Source: Minutocellus sp. GHC0000111
Lineage: Eukaryota
Length of the DNA stretch: 64,000 bases
NCBI GenBank assembly: GCA_977018835.1
Contig: OZ361258.1
Location: 2,046,001 to 2,110,000 of the forward strand
Direction of reading: 5' to 3'
The position numbers and the translations under genes are program-made. Shown here in pieces: positions 31,828 through 44,842 of this stretch (positions are counted from its first letter, which is position 1; each line of letters begins with the position of its first letter). The notes below the pieces were generated by a model. It was not told the origin of the DNA and did not search any database. It worked only from the letters and a program-made list of their open reading frames with translations.

Positions 31828-34800
31828 ATGTCCCGCCGATCGCCCAACAAGCGGAGGATGCCCGGCGGCGGTGGTGTGCCATCGTCATCGCCATCATCAT
31901 CGCCTGCACGTGACGGTCATGGTCGGCAGCAGCAGCAGCAGCAGCAAAGGCACAGACAATATCAGCAGCCGTCCGGTCTGCATCCATCGTCATCATTATC
32001 ATCGGCCCAGCGTGGAGGAGGAGGAGGAGGACGGAGGGGACGGCCGAAAGAGGATGCGGTCGGCAATGACCACAACAGTGGTAACCATGACCATGACGAC
32101 AAGGAGAATGCCAACGCCAGCGCCACCCATTACGGATATCGATACCGCGTCCGGACCGGCGCCATGGTCGACGACGTGGACGAGGGGGACGACATTGACT
32201 CCAACTGCGACCAGGACGACGAGGAGTATGCCACCCACCAAAGCTACATCTCGTCGTACCTGCAGCCACAGCCTCAGCCGCGGGCCTACCACCGCCCGCC
32301 TCATCGGAATCCCAGCTACGTCCCGCCACCGTCGGCGGGCCCGTCGCCACCCCTCACCTCCCGATCCGCCCAGTCGGCCCGGTCCATGGCCACCTTCTCC
32401 TCGGCCGAGGCGTCGTCTGTCGTGTCGTCATCCACCAGCAGATTCGAGTACGGGGACGACTACGAGTATTCGGAATCGTCGTCGAGGTTGGACGATGGTG
32501 ACGATGCCTATGACGATGCCAGCGTGGCGGCGTACAGCAACAGCCTTCTCGGAGAGGATTTGGACTTGGAGGGCGGCGATATCGGTGGTGGTGATATTGG
32601 TGGTGATAGTCGACGCTACCTCTATGGTCGGGCGGCAACAGCAACAACAACAGCTTCTTATGGAAAGCATCGACAGGACAATGTGGACAATGACAATGGC
32701 GATGCCAGTGATGACCAAGAGAATGAAGAGATGCAACCCCTGACCCCGTCGACAGAACCAACCAAACGGGGACGAAAGAGAGACATATTCCGCCCGAGCC
32801 GGTGGAAGAGTAGCGTCGGTGGTGGCAATGCTGATGGAAATGCTGATGGGGGTGGCGATATTGGTCAACGCCAATCTCCACCGAGGTCGGCCGGCTTTGC
32901 CCGGGCGGCATCGGCGGCGATCAAGCCCGGCAGTCCCTCGGCGTCGGCCAGGAGGGCGCGTGGGATACCCATCCAGAGACACGGGCAGCAGCAACAAGAC
33001 CAGCAACATCAACATATGCCGTCCAAACTTGGTCGGGACGATCCACGGACGCCACTGTCGTCCTCTCGAGATCCACGGCGGCGTACGCTCATGGGCCGGA
33101 TGCCCTTTGCTCCCTCGGCGTCGTACCTGCCCACGGCCACCCCGGCATCGGCACGGAAGGCCATGCTGGGCATCACCCCCAGCGGAAACACGAAGAGAAG
33201 TGGGGCCCAGAGGGGATCCTCGACAACAACGGCAGCCACCAGAACCAATGCGGTGGGGTTGGAAATCAGCCGGCAGGGATTGGCAGTCCGTGCCACCAGC
33301 ACCACGTCGGCACCGCCGCAGCCGGGTGCTGGTATGACCCCCGCCAAATCGGCAACGAAGAAGACCCCGGCCAAGGATCGGGCCATCACCCCGGCCTACG
33401 CCTACAAGAATTCCGACACGGGCCTGCTCGAGATACGGCCATTGGCACCTCCCACTCCAAGTCACATCGCTCTGACGACGACTCATGCCACGCCCGGGAA
33501 GGGTGGCGGTGCCATGGATGCTCATGGTAGGATGTGCGATGCCCATGGGGACATTGAGACTGGTCTGGCCCGTACCGGTAGAAATGGACGAGGCGGCAGT
33601 GGAGTGGCCGATGGCAGTGAGGTGGTGGAGGAGCAGAATCTTGCCCCGGCGCTGTATCCCATTGCACTGAACGGTGGTGGGGTTGGTTTGTACCGCGATC
33701 CTCGAGAATTTGCCTCCAACAAGGCCAATGCGCACAGTCGCAACCTCCGTCTTATGGGTGGCCGCCGAGCTCCCATCCGCAGTCACATTGCATTCCGGTG
33801 GAGGCGTGGCGAGTGGGGTTATGGAGTCAGCGACCATGCTAGTAAGCGGAACGGAAGCGATGACGGAGAGGATGAAGATGGATTCCTCGATGAGGCTGTG
33901 ATGATGCCCAAGAATGGTATCGTGGACGTGTCGGAAGTGGAGAATGGTGGCTTTGTTGACGTGGAGCTTGGTGAGGCTGTGGCTGATGCGGCATTGTCGG
34001 CGGCTCGGTCGACGCTTCGTTCCGGCAGTCGGCGTCCTCGTCGTCCCCTTTCGACTCGATCGTCCACGTCGTCCAATCTGTCTGGCCAATCATCTCGGTC
34101 ATCTGCCCCATCTCCGTGGCGTCTCTGGGAGTCCGTCCACAACGAGATGGTCCGCTTGAGGGAGCAGAATTCATTCCGCATCCGAAGAGCAGCCGAAGAA
34201 GATGGAGGCAGTGCCGTCGTCGATATGGTCCGCCACAGGGCAGAATGCGACAAGCTTGGTCGGATATCTGGCATCTACAATGACGACGACTTCGACTTTG
34301 CTCTGGTTCTCAGTCCTCGGGACGTTTATGCATACTGGGCGGACCATTTGGACTTTCGGCAGGAAATCTTCGGTGAAGATGGTGCTCTCTTGTTTGGCGA
34401 TGAATATGATTTGACCGGGGATGGAGGCGTATCTGCAGGACAGCGACCGTCGGCTGAAGGAATCATTCCTCCCACTCGGAAGAATCTTGGCGACGATCTC
34501 GGCAAGGAGAACACACCGACCAACCGCCGCTCAATGCTCGGTGGGAACTCCCTCTACCAGAATGACGAGGAGAGTAGTTTGCATTGCGACGATGATTACA
34601 TTGATAACGCGTCGACGGACGAGGAGATGGATTCCCTTCTGAGCAGCCAGTACGGAACACCTGGCAGAGGCACCAAGAAGAGAAGGCGTCGGAGGACGAA
34701 CACTGAAGCATCGAGCATTGACGGCCTCTCCACTCCACCTCGATCGGCTGGCCCATCCGTCGCGCCCCGTACTGCTCCACCCGCCGGGAGGAGAGAAAAC

Positions 34801-37143
34801 CTCCTTGCTTCGCCGGATTCGCTACTGATGGACGACTCTGGCAGGAAGATTCTACGTCCTGGCCGCAAGAGTATCTTCGAACAAGCCGTCGATGCCCTGA
34901 CACCTCCTCGATCTGGACGCAAATCGAGCCTCTTTGGTCGTCGATCGCTCAGTCCCAAGCGACCACGTAGTTCGCGGCGTCCGCCCATCAAGCACACGCC
35001 AAGTATGCGACGGGCGCCGCTTCATGATCTCAATGACATCACCACACCCATGTCCAACGTATCTGACCTCATCCCCGGGATGTCTGGGGGTCCAGCCAGC
35101 GCAAGCCGCAGACGATGGGGTATGGCGCATGGTGAGGACCGCATGTCGAGCCGACGCAATCTAATGACGCCGCCAGTCAAGTCGTTGGAGAAGAAGAACT
35201 CTATGCGTTCTCTCCGCAGGCAGAGAGCCAACACGGCCGATAGCAGTGGCGAGAGAGGATTGGTCAGATCCGAGGAGAAGCGTCGACAGAGGTCCAACGC
35301 CATTGAGTATGATGACTTCTCGGACGAAGAAAGCGAGGAGGAGGGAAGAGCAGTAGCAACAGCGGCGAGAGAAGAAGAGGATCGAGCAGATTATAATACT
35401 GGCAAGGCCAGCAAGAGGCGAAGACGTCGTCGTAAGAATGATCTTGATGCCGATGAGATCCCCTCGCAGACAGTTCCTCGTGGTAATGCGGCAAGAACAG
35501 CTGGCATGGACGAATTCTTGCTAGCATTGAAGCGAGGTATTGTCGTCAGAATTCATTGGCCTCATGCCGAGAGTGCCTTCATCAAGCTCTTTTCGGTAGA
35601 CGGTGGCGATACGATCCAGTTCTGTCATATTGCGTCCGACGAAGCAATGATCGCCTTCAAGGAGCAGGCCGTCCGTTTCAACCGTGGCTTTGCTAGTACC
35701 GAGCCCTTGGCTGCCAACGCATCTCAGCGTTGGTCTCATGAGATTGCCAACAAGAACCTTGACGAGCAAGACACCATTCAGAACTTCAATCTTCCCGACT
35801 TTATTGCCGCCGAGCGGTACCGTGAGGCCTGGTCAAGGACCCAGGGCAATGTAAAGAAGAAGGTCGTCGATATGGCTACTCGAGCTGTGCATCGTGGTGA
35901 AATCAAGACGGCCGACGTTGTATCAGTCCACCCGGCAATTCATCCGGACCCGTTCTCTGGGGCTCCGGTGAATGAGGAGCTGCCGGAGCATGGCACCACC
36001 ACGCTCCGTGCGTCCCCATCTGAATTTGTGGAGAAGCTGTCCTTTTCATTGATCCTTCCAGGAACGTTTGACCGTCTCAAGGGCAACCATTCGTCGAAAG
36101 CTCTCAGCGAAAGGTGGCATTCCGGCGCAGGATCCTACCAAGCATTCCGATATCTCGACATTGAAACTGCGACGGAAGGAGAGTACTGGATGATCTTTCG
36201 AGGATTTTTGCTGCTACATCGAGATGCCGCATCTGGCAGATTTGCTGCCCAGAGAGCTCAGGGCATTGGTTCCAACTACACGCGGTATGAAATCGAGGAA
36301 ATGGAGCAGCAACGCAATCGTCTCAATGTTGATAATGGTGGTACTCTGATGGGAGGGAATACAGCTGCCGGTGATGGTTCCGGTATGAATGGCTTCCTCG
36401 ACGAGTACGTGGAACCTTCCAACAACAACTTCTTTGACCGTCTATCCAAGACGCTGCATTTTGGTCCGTCCCAAACGCTGCAGTATCAACCGGTCAATGC
36501 TCCGCCGCCTCCGTCGGATTACTTCCTTGGCTTCAAGTCCCCGGGCACACAGATTTGGAGCCGTCTTCGTCAGTCTGGTCTTGAGACTCAGCGCATCTAC
36601 GCCCTTGATACGAGGAGAGTCATGATCAAGGTTCGTTGTCCCGCAGAAAGGCTCATGGACGTCGCAGAGGTTTTAAGGCTCAAGCTGCGCACAACGGAGG
36701 GAACATACGAGGCCTTCCGAGAGTCTCAGCTTGAGCACTACTTGCCCAGCGACGAGGGCACCGACACTCGACGCCTCTCCAATGAGTCAACTCTCTTTCG
36801 CAGTTCCGAGCGGCAGGCCATCATTGACTTCATCATCCGATCTCGCATTCGTGACTCTGGTGCCGAGCTTGGTCCAAGGACAGATCTGGGCAAGGCCATT
36901 GCAAGTCGTGTCCCGCTTCACATGCATGCTCGTTTGGAGCCGCTGTACGAATCCTGGGTACTGTTCTGGAAAGAGGAGAATTGGGATGGGAGGGACGGAA
37001 AGAGCATGAGAGTTGGATCGGAACGAGATGATATGAGGTCCAGATCTCTTGAGAATGCAACCGACGACGGCGATGATTCGAGCCAGGGAGAAGAGGAGGG
37101 CCGGCGGTTACCGACTCAGCATCGTCGCACTGGCTCGCAATAA
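31828..37143 (+). pseudogene. Truncated anoctamin copy: 1764 native residues, no TM helices, 7-residue tail from antisense channel sequence
   Basis: Translation matches the 48896 gene up to RRLPTQ, then HRRTGSQ* after the junction. Confidence 0.85.
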
Positions 37144-38701
37144 TGTGCTGGAAATCATCTGCGGGGAGCAAAAATACTTCGCAAAAGGTCTTGGCTCGAA
37201 CGTATTGATCGCATACCCTGGGAGCGAACAAGCTCTCCTCGGCAAATCGATCGAAGGACTGCATCTTCCGTTCGACGATGGTTTCGCCACCACCATTTCC
37301 TTTGTTGTCACCAACCGGCCGGAGTATCTCCACCTCGCCACGAGAAATGAGAAGGGTGCCCTTGATGCGCTGTCCGGGCTTGAGGATTTCATCGTTGGGC
37401 GAGTAGATGTTGAGATTGTACTCGGCACTCTCGGCCAGAGCATTGAGCAGCGCATTGTTGGCCTTGCGAAGGAAGGGGATGGACGCCACGAGATCTCGGC
37501 ACATAAAGTTGGCCACCCGCTGCTGCAGCGATCTCGGTAGCTCTCCGAGGATCTGCTCCTCGTCGGCACCCCTGAGCAGATCCCACAGATAATCGTAAAA
37601 GCTCACGATGCGATTGGCCAACTGCGTCGGTAGTTGCCGATAGGCCATATACATCTTGATCCGCTCCATCTTTCGTTGAAAGTTGGTCAAGGCGGCATCC
37701 ATGTTGGTAACCAGCAGCTGCAGATTGGCAATGGCCAACGTCGTGATGATGACGCCGACGTACATGGAAAGGATGCACCATACCGTCTCCGCCGTGGACA
37801 GGGGGACGATGTCTCCAAATCCTGTCGTTATCATGGTAATGTAGGCCCAGTACAGAGATTGGATGTAGGCCTCCCGAGAATCCGCGAGCATCAGCACCGA
37901 GCCAGTATCACCACCAGCCTGAGATTCACTACTAGTAGCAGTACTCGCATGTTGGTATATCCCCATCTCCTCCGGCCACGTGTAGGGATTGCCTTGGATG
38001 GCTTGGCTCTTGGCCACCAAGAAGAAGCCACAGCCGCACCAATGGCCCGGCAATGCCATGGCAAAAAAGAGCTTCCACGCACGATGGGCGCCAATATTCT
38101 TGAGGATTCCCGCCTGTCCGAGCAGAGAGGATATGTTGGACAGATGTCTTGGCAGATCAAATAGCATCAAGGTCCGGTTGAGGAGCAGATAGTTGGTCGG
38201 GATGGTGCTTGCAACGCTACTGGTAAATATCAAGGCCACATACTCCAATGGGAATGCTGATAGGAATGCAAACAGAAACGGAGCCGACATTAGCGGTCGG
38301 CATCGATACTGTACTGGGCGTGGACGTCGTCGTGATCCCTTGGATTCCCTGGAGAGGAGGCCATCAGCAGTCACGACGGGTACCACTCTAGCCTCGGCAC
38401 GGGCCGTCCGAAGCACATGCATATCCAGAGCCTTCCAAAGAAGAACTGCCGTGGCCAGTGCATCCAGGATAATGAAGGCGGCATGGTGAGGACCACAGCG
38501 GAAGCAAAAGTCCGGAACAAAGGCCAGGCGGAGAGGTAGGCTGATGGAATAGTAGATTGCACATGCGGCGCCACACAGATTTGAGGCATACTCGAGAACA
38601 AGATGGTGCCGGCATAGCCACTGCCGCTGCATGGTTGGCGGGCAGCCAAAGATTCGCCTACCCCAGGCAGGCTCTACTTCCTCCTCCTTGCCATACTCCA
38701 A
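36833..38701 (-). pseudogene. Truncated channel copy: repeat 1 only (~528 aa) fused to ~94 aa read from antisense anoctamin
   Basis: Translation matches 19111..21627 up to ASQCDDA, then ESVTAGPP...HECEIG*. Confidence 0.85.
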
Positions 38702-39536
38702 CTAACGAACGGTAATGTGCCTTTAGGTAGCGTACTGCATCTTGTGAACCTCCGCTGCTCCCACATGCTTGTGATGCATTTTGAAAGAGTGAGTCTTGAA
38801 TGACCATGGTATGGTACAGTAAGCACCACACACATTCATGATCAGACGGTCATTCTATCTTCATTCACTCACAACCTTTGACGACACAAACCTCTCGTCA
38901 GCCCTCTGCCGGACTCATCACCACCCCTTGACATATATGCAAAAGATTCGATTCGATCCCATTCGATCGTACCTTTGTCGATTTATCTATGATGTCAAGA
39001 ATGATATCCCTTTCAGTCAGTGCAAGTCGACACTTGTTGCCCACGCCCTCGTAATAAGTCGGCGGGGAGCAGCAGGTTTGCCTTGTTGCTCGCTCGCGTT
39101 CGTGGCATATCTTGGAACTTAAAGTTTCAAGGAGGAGCGAATCGAACGGAAGAATGAATCGAACCAATCATCTCGTCTTCTCCTCGCTCGAGGTGACTGT
39201 CATCAATCGCCCCACAGTTCCGTTTGTACCAAAGAATGAACGACGCTGCAGCTGCAATAAAAATATGTATGGTAGCTGGCTTCTCTACCGGCAGGCACGT
39301 CAGCAAAGAATGAGAGGTACTGCAGCAGCAGCAGCGAACCAACGAACCAACGACGGAAGGACGAAGAACTTTGTAATTTTCGACATTTTATCCCAAATTC
39401 TTGGAAAAAATAGAAGAAAACTAACGGTACGTACAAGGCTACGTACCAACTCTAAAATAAAAACGGGCGTCAACTCTCGCTCGGAATCAATCTCGGAACC
39501 CCAACCCCAACCACCGATCCAAAAGCAACACCAATT

Positions 39537-40022
39537 ATGTCTGACGCAAACTCTTCCCCTGACGCCACCCCTGCCAACCAGGACGACACTGCTGCCGCCA
39601 CTGCCGGCGTCGCCGGTGCCGGCGCCGGTGCGCTGCTGGAGATGTCCATGATCGCGTCGAACGCCCTTACCCGCCGCGAGGTGGAGGATCTCCGTCAGCT
39701 CGTCGAGCACACCTCCACCCTGGCCAGTGGTCTCGTCCCATTCCGCACCGAGATGGAGACCGGTATGTCGGCCCTCCGCGACGAGAAGGCCACCCTGTCC
39801 AGCGACCTCATTTCCGTCCGCGCCAAGGTCAGCCGCCTCGAGACGATGCTGGCCGAGTCTCGCAGCCAGAGGGAGCAGGCCGAGGCTCGCAGCGTGGAGA
39901 CCGTCGGCCGTCTGGTCGACCTGGTCTCCAACCTTCAGCTCGAGGTCCAGGCCCTCCGTGATGCTGCCGATGCCGACACCGATGCCGACGCCGATGCCGA
40001 CGCCGATGCCCATGGGGAGTAA
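39537..40022 (+). CDS. Small coiled-coil protein, paralog A, duplicate
   Basis: Identical translation to 22463-22948. Confidence 0.65.
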   Translation: MSDANSSPDATPANQDDTAAATAGVAGAGAGALLEMSMIASNALTRREVEDLRQLVEHTSTLASGLVPFRTEMETGMSALRDEKATLSSDLISVRAKVSRLETMLAESRSQREQAEARSVETVGRLVDLVSNLQLEVQALRDAADADTDADADADADAHGE

Positions 40023-40503
40023 GGGCGATGGCCCTGGGGTGGATGACGGCATGGAGGAAGAGAGTACGGTATGGCGTGGATGGGTGGTGAATGTTTGTTT
40101 ATTTATTGGCGTATTGGCGTTGCATTGGATGCACCGCCGATCGATGATCAGTCGATCGATCAGCCGACCGATGGGTCTGCCATTACGTTCGAATCTACCG
40201 CCTTGGGGACTGCGCTGGACCGAAGTGGACGGTGGGTGGATTACCGGTATTACATGAACAAGAAGATGAAGAAGAAGAAGATGATGATGATGATGATGAC
40301 GATTGACAGTCTGTGCCGATGCTGCTGATTCGGGCCTTTTTTACTATTTGTGTTCTCAATCTCAACGCATAGTATGGCAGTGCCTTTCCAGCCCGGGAAG
40401 TAGATGCTACTACGGGTAGTAGTATCGTGGGGCTTAGACGATCGGCCGATATACGTGGAGGCTGCACAATGAAGAGCTCGATGATTTTTTGTATTGGTAA
40501 GCA

Positions 40504-42097
40504 GTAACATAAACTTCCATTTTAGAATCTACTAGTACGTCAACGTTCGTCGATTTGTCATCTGAGGGGACAAGATCAATAGGTTTGAGGCAATTCACCG
40601 ATAGTTAGTTAATTTTCGTCTTTCTTATTCGTAGTGATGTTCAGTGCCACCCCTGTAACCTCGGAATTGCTCGCAGTGTCCACATTCCCTACTCGAATGA
40701 TGACGGGCTCTGAATCCATTCCCCTCGGAGCATCGGCCAGTCTCCAAATCAAATGAGACTTGGCTTCCTCCACTACAAGTACCCTACGTAGCTAGCCCTT
40801 TCCTCTTTGGAACCACGTTTAAAGTGGAGTCTCGATCGCTTGTGAAGAGATAATCCTCGAGCTATAGCACCAGCAAGTGCATATATATTGTCGTTCACTA
40901 CCTGCCAGTAAAACATTGCTTCACATAATTTATTTATGTTATTATCGCTCCAGCGCATCAATTGCTTTGGCATCGTATTCTTGGCCAGATCGGAGAAGCT
41001 CGACCGCCAGATTGACCTTCTTAGACGGTAGCCGAAATATCGATAAAAGCTCGCCATAGATTTTTCCAGACTTGAACAAAACAAAAGCAGGCACCGCCTC
41101 AACGTCCAGATATCAAAAAAGAATTTTGCCTTGTGTACCTGTGGTATCCGCTTCTGCGAATGCTATCTCTTCTTTGCCGTGATTTCCGTTATCATCACCG
41201 GCTTCTCTTGCAATCTTGTCATATTTGGGCTTGCGCGATCGGCAAGTGCGGCACCATAAGGCACTGCAAAAGACGACGGCGTGCTTTCGCGGACCGACAA
41301 TCTGGCGATTGAGACCCTCCACGCCATTGACATCCAGCACATACGGATTGTCGGCGGCTCCACGCGACAGTTGGCTAGGTGCATTACGACGAAGTGACGG
41401 CGTGGATTCCTCATCCCCGCTACCATCCCCTTCTTCCGCCATTGCGTTGGCCTCGTCTTCCGCCAACGACATGGCATATACCAGACCAAAATCTTCCGTG
41501 TCTAGAACCGGCAGTCCGTATCTGGCATTTCCCTCCCTATCGGCATCACGTGGCCATGAGGTGAATTCCCAAAAGTCCTTCAGACTCCACTCTCGTACAA
41601 ACACGTCCTTGTTTGCCATCTTTTGATCACGAGGCCGATAGACAACTCCAGCGTCCAGTAATTTCTGTACTGGTTGTGTCCCAAATCCCTTGTGCGGTAC
41701 CGAATTGATATTGGCGCTATTTGTACTTCCACCCAAGAGGGAACTCGTTGCAGCGTCCACCACATACTGCTTCGCCGCATCCCGACCAAACAATATGACC
41801 TTGTCTCGGATGATCTGCTGTGACTTGCTTTACGTAGAAACATACCGCTCACAGTTGTGCTGCCGACTGAGCTCGGTGATGACCGGCGGTGGCTCATCGG
41901 CCAGTGTGTCGACGAGGCAAGGAAAACCGGCAATAGTCGGGAGGGGCGACGGATGGGTGAATCGGCCAGACGCTGGCATGGGGAAGATCAAATCGATATC
42001 TCCGAGTCGGTCCAAGGTCAAGGACCAACCCGTTCTGGAGATACCATGTTTATAACGTCTGCGCAGCGGATGCCGTCGGCACCACCGTCACCGCCAT
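40504..42097 (-). pseudogene. Thioredoxin-like pseudogene A, duplicate
   Basis: Copy of 23430-25023 with one C-to-A difference seen at 41896. Confidence 0.65.
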
Positions 42098-42326
42098 CTT
42101 GAAGACAAAAGATGAGCCACGTTGCAATTGCGGGGTTTAGTGCTTCGCAAAAAATATTTTTATCGGTTTTGTCAAGACATCGTTGCGAGCACATCATGTG
42201 CTGGATACGGCCATTGCTTGGCCGGTCCGTTTGCTTGTTCGAGGTGCCACAACCTACCGTCCCACTGACCGATTGATTTATATTATCTACCTACGTAGTT
42301 ACCCAATCGCTCGTTGTATTGGCATC

Positions 42327-43469
42327 ATGGGCCGCAAGGAAAAGAAGAAGAGGACTCGTGCCGCCCGCCCGGCATCCCAAGCCCAAAACACTTCCGATTC
42401 CGCCGGCACCACCACTGCCATCATCCGCTCGCTCAAGGGCATTGTTTCGACAAACAATGACCCATATTCTTGTCATGGGTGCAGCAACACTTTTGACCTA
42501 CGTGACCTCATATGTTGGTCGCAAACGAGTGTCTGCTGTGGCAAGATGTTTTGTTCCACCTGCGCCAAAGCAGGAAAATGTCCAACCGTCATTGGTGCTG
42601 CCTGCTCTTCGTGCGGTGTGACCCTGTCCACCAAACTTCGAGTATCGAAGTCACGTGCCAAGGAGGGCCACCCCTGGGCCCAGTTTGCACTTGGTGAGCA
42701 GCTTCGGCAGGAGTCCCCTGTAGAGGCACGCAAGTTGTACCGCAAGGCGGCCGAGGAGGGGGGACACCCCTTCGCTTTCACGAAGTTGGCCACGTTCTAC
42801 CGCCATGGCCAGCGGTTCAATGCAGCAAAGGTAAAGGCACTGCTAGAAGAGGCCACGAAGATTTTGTTGTCTTCCGATTGCATGTTTGACATTCATCTAT
42901 CGACCTGCATCGCTGTCATGGCCGAAATCGACAGGAAGCTCGAGGACCGATTGAAGTTTGTGCAGCACGCGCTGCTGGTCCCCTTGGCCAACCAGGGCTT
43001 GTGCGGGGCTCAGTATCAGCTTGCCCTGCTGACCTATTTTTTCAAAGGCGACTTGTCCGTTGCCCTCGAGCTGGCCCGAAAGGCTGCTGTGCAAGCTGGT
43101 GCGCCTCGCTTTTCACCCGGTGACCCAGCTCGCCTTGCGGCAGATTGCTGTGGAGAGTTGGACCGGACCGTGGAGGGCCTGTTTTGGGCCAAACAGGAAG
43201 CCATCACTGATGGGCACCGCAGCAACAAGAAGTGTGTGGAGAGGGCCCATTCCGAGCTTTGCAAAATGAGGAAGAGCTGCAGCACGTGCGGCGTTGCCCT
43301 CAATGCGTCCAACCGCAAGCTCTGTGCGGGATGCAAGATCAGCTGCTACTGCAGCCGCGACTGCCAGAAGATGCACTGGAATCGTCCGGACGACGGCCAC
43401 CGCGACGAGTGCAAGACTGTTGTGAAGATGGCGGATGAAATGGAGAAGAATACCGGTAAGACGGAATAA
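42327..43469 (+). CDS. RING-like/SEL1/MYND protein paralog A, duplicate
   Basis: Identical translation to 25253-26395. Confidence 0.85.
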   Translation: MGRKEKKKRTRAARPASQAQNTSDSAGTTTAIIRSLKGIVSTNNDPYSCHGCSNTFDLRDLICWSQTSVCCGKMFCSTCAKAGKCPTVIGAACSSCGVTLSTKLRVSKSRAKEGHPWAQFALGEQLRQESPVEARKLYRKAAEEGGHPFAFTKLATFYRHGQRFNAAKVKALLEEATKILLSSDCMFDIHLSTCIAVMAEIDRKLEDRLKFVQHALLVPLANQGLCGAQYQLALLTYFFKGDLSVALELARKAAVQAGAPRFSPGDPARLAADCCGELDRTVEGLFWAKQEAITDGHRSNKKCVERAHSELCKMRKSCSTCGVALNASNRKLCAGCKISCYCSRDCQKMHWNRPDDGHRDECKTVVKMADEMEKNTGKTE

Positions 43470-43870
43470 GAAAGCATGCCGCCCTTTGCTGTGAGATGGA
43501 TGCCGTGAGTGCGGTGGTGGCGGGGGTGGGTGGGTGTGGGGATTGATTTTTTTGTTGGATGGTGGGTGCAAAGAGAGAGCTTGGCTGCCGTTGTGCATGC
43601 CTACTCTAATAATATCAATAGGAAACTTCCACATACAACGCATACGTATTATACTTTAGTAGATCTACACATGCAACACGTGCCGACATCTAGATCTATC
43701 GCTGTTGGTACCGGTAGATCTAGGTCTACCGGTCGGTGCCTCTCTCCCTCTCTCTCTCCCGCTGGATGGGCATAAAGTACAAAAACCTGTTTTTGCGTTT
43801 TCCCTGAAGGTCATCTCTTCGGCGTCAAGATCTCCGAACCGCCACAACCCACATACCATTGGTACCAACC

Positions 43871-43920
43871 ATGTCCGACGCAAACTCCCCCCCTGCCGCC
43901 GCCCCTGCCAACCAGGACGA

Positions 43921-43955
<35 letters not shown>

Positions 43956-44377
43956 CCGGCGGTTCCGGCACCCTCGACGGCAACGATCCCCCGCCCCCCC
44001 ACGAGGGTCTTGCCAACCTTTTCCGCGACTTCGACGAGAAGACCAAGAAGTATGGTGCCGAGGCTGCCGAAGCTCTTCGCGTCGCCCAGGAATTGGAGGG
44101 CGAGAAGGCCGAGTTGGCTGAGGGCAGCCTGTTTGCCTCTCTCAAGTCCGAGATCAAGTCCGAGCTCAAGTCCGAGCTCAAGGCCAAGATGGAGACCGGT
44201 ATGTCGGCCCTCCGCAAGGAGCTCAAGGAGGTCCGCGACGAGAAGGCCACCCTGGCCAGCGATCTCATTTCCGTCCGTACCAAGGCCGATCGTCTCGAGG
44301 CGGAGATCGAGGAGCTCCGCGTCGCCCTCGCCGCTTCCACCACTGCCGACGCCGATGCCGACGCCCATGGGGAGTAA
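43871..44377 (+). CDS. Small coiled-coil protein paralog B, duplicate, poly-Ala two residues shorter
   Basis: 172 versus 174 aa in the ORF track; the (GCT)n tract is 6 bp shorter. Confidence 0.65.
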
Positions 44378-44842
44378 GGGTGATGGCCCTGGGGTGGATG
44401 ACGGTATGGAGGAAGAGAGTACGGTGTGGTGCGGACGGGTGGTGGGTGGAGAGAACAACAATGGCAGAACTGCCGAGTCGAATCGAGATTGGCGTATTGG
44501 CGTTGCATTGGATGCACCGCCAACATCAATAATCTTTCCATCGATCGGTGTTCACTAGTACGTTCGATCTACCGCCTTGGGGACTGCGCTGGACTGGAGT
44601 GGGCGGTGGATGGATTATTACAAGAAGAAGAAGAAGATGATGATAATGATGACAGTCTGTGCCGATGCTGATGATTCGGGCCTTTTTATGTTCTCAATCT
44701 CAACGTATAGTATGGCAGTGCCTTTCCAGTCCGGGACAACGTAGATGCTACTACGGGTAGTAGTATCGTGGGGCTTAGACGATCGGCCGATATACGTGGA
44801 GGCTGCACAATGAAGAGCTCGATGATTTTTTGTATTATTGAT

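Larger units (their letters stand above)
20044..37117. repeat. Copy 1 of 17.07 kb tandem duplication
   Basis: Sequence and ORF track recur at +17074, then at +17068 after a (GCT)n tract. Confidence 0.97.

Noticed and set aside
32428..34089. 553-aa minus-strand ORF (and its copy at 49496-51157) plus many other long antisense or alternate-frame ORFs
   Set aside because: Shadows of GC-rich real genes; no recognisable motifs.
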